Made by a program: the position numbers and the translations under genes. The notes under the pieces are model-generated. The model was not told where the DNA came from, made no database searches, and worked only from the letters and a program-made list of their open reading frames with translations. This document shows, piece by piece, positions 36,582 to 37,218 of a stretch of DNA of 37,218 bases. This stretch comes from Octopus bimaculoides (taxonomy: Eukaryota), in the NCBI RefSeq assembly GCF_001194135.2, contig NC_068992.1, positions 48,478,752 through 48,515,969 on the forward strand, in the 5' to 3' direction. Every line of letters starts with the position of its first letter. Within the stretch, counting starts at the first letter, position 1.

Positions 36582-37218
36582 CGTATTCTGCTTACTCAGT
36601 TGGTCGAATAAAGCATTTGTAAGATAATACTTAAACTCCCAATCAAGAGGCGCAATGGGAAGTTGACTCTACTCTAAGCATTGAGTTCCTTATCAGTAAA
36701 TGTTTCTTTGTTATTCTTGAACCTTCTTTAAAATAATGGCTCCATTTAACGTTTATACATATTTATAAATGCGTGCATATACATACATATATACATAAAT
36801 ATAAATATATATGTGAATACATATCTATAAACTTTTATATGCTATGCTTTGTAATTTTTGTAACGTATATACGGACCTTGTGGATAAAAATGGATCACTG
36901 CCTCTGTTCTTATTGCCATTGTGGTTCCTGTTGATGTCGTCAACGCAGCTATGATGATGTTGTTGTACTGTGTTGTTGCAGAGGAAGATAAATCTCATAT
37001 TAAAGATGGGAATATAGAAAGAAACAAAATAAGACAAAGCATAAGGAATATATGAAGATAAAGAGTAGTGGTGGTGTTGTTATGGTGACATTTGTATTGT
37101 TGCTAACGCTTGGAAACTGCAATTAGCCAAAAGAAAAGAAACTGTTTATGCACATGTGTATCAGCGTATATGCATATACGTATATATGTGTGAATATATA
37201 TATATATATACATATATA

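Noticed and set aside
36580-36760. Possible PLE RT N-terminal remnant on the minus strand (KCFIRPTE)
   Set aside because: Similarity is limited to a few residues.

Overview
This window is repeat-dense eukaryotic non-coding DNA with many N-gaps, most of them flanked by microsatellites. The SINE families and the microsatellite load suggest an Octopus genome (inference from recalled repeats, not a search). I found no intact protein-coding gene. Almost all supplied ORFs are artefacts of microsatellites or N-runs. Recognisable content: four decayed Penelope-like (PLE) retroelement remnants with RT and/or GIY-YIG motifs, three mariner transposase remnants, three R4/Dong-like fragments next to (TAA)n tracts, an L1/Tx1-type RT fragment, an RTE-type 3' end, and several tRNA-derived SINEs. 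Most notable: three minimal type-I hammerhead-ribozyme-like motifs, each with a different palindromic stem III and each with a lesion in the CUGANGA core. Also notable: two long inverted repeats, a SINE-head/Tx1-RT chimera, a split and inverted Dong element, and a weak three-exon candidate on the minus strand. All alignments and translations were done by eye, so boundaries are approximate.
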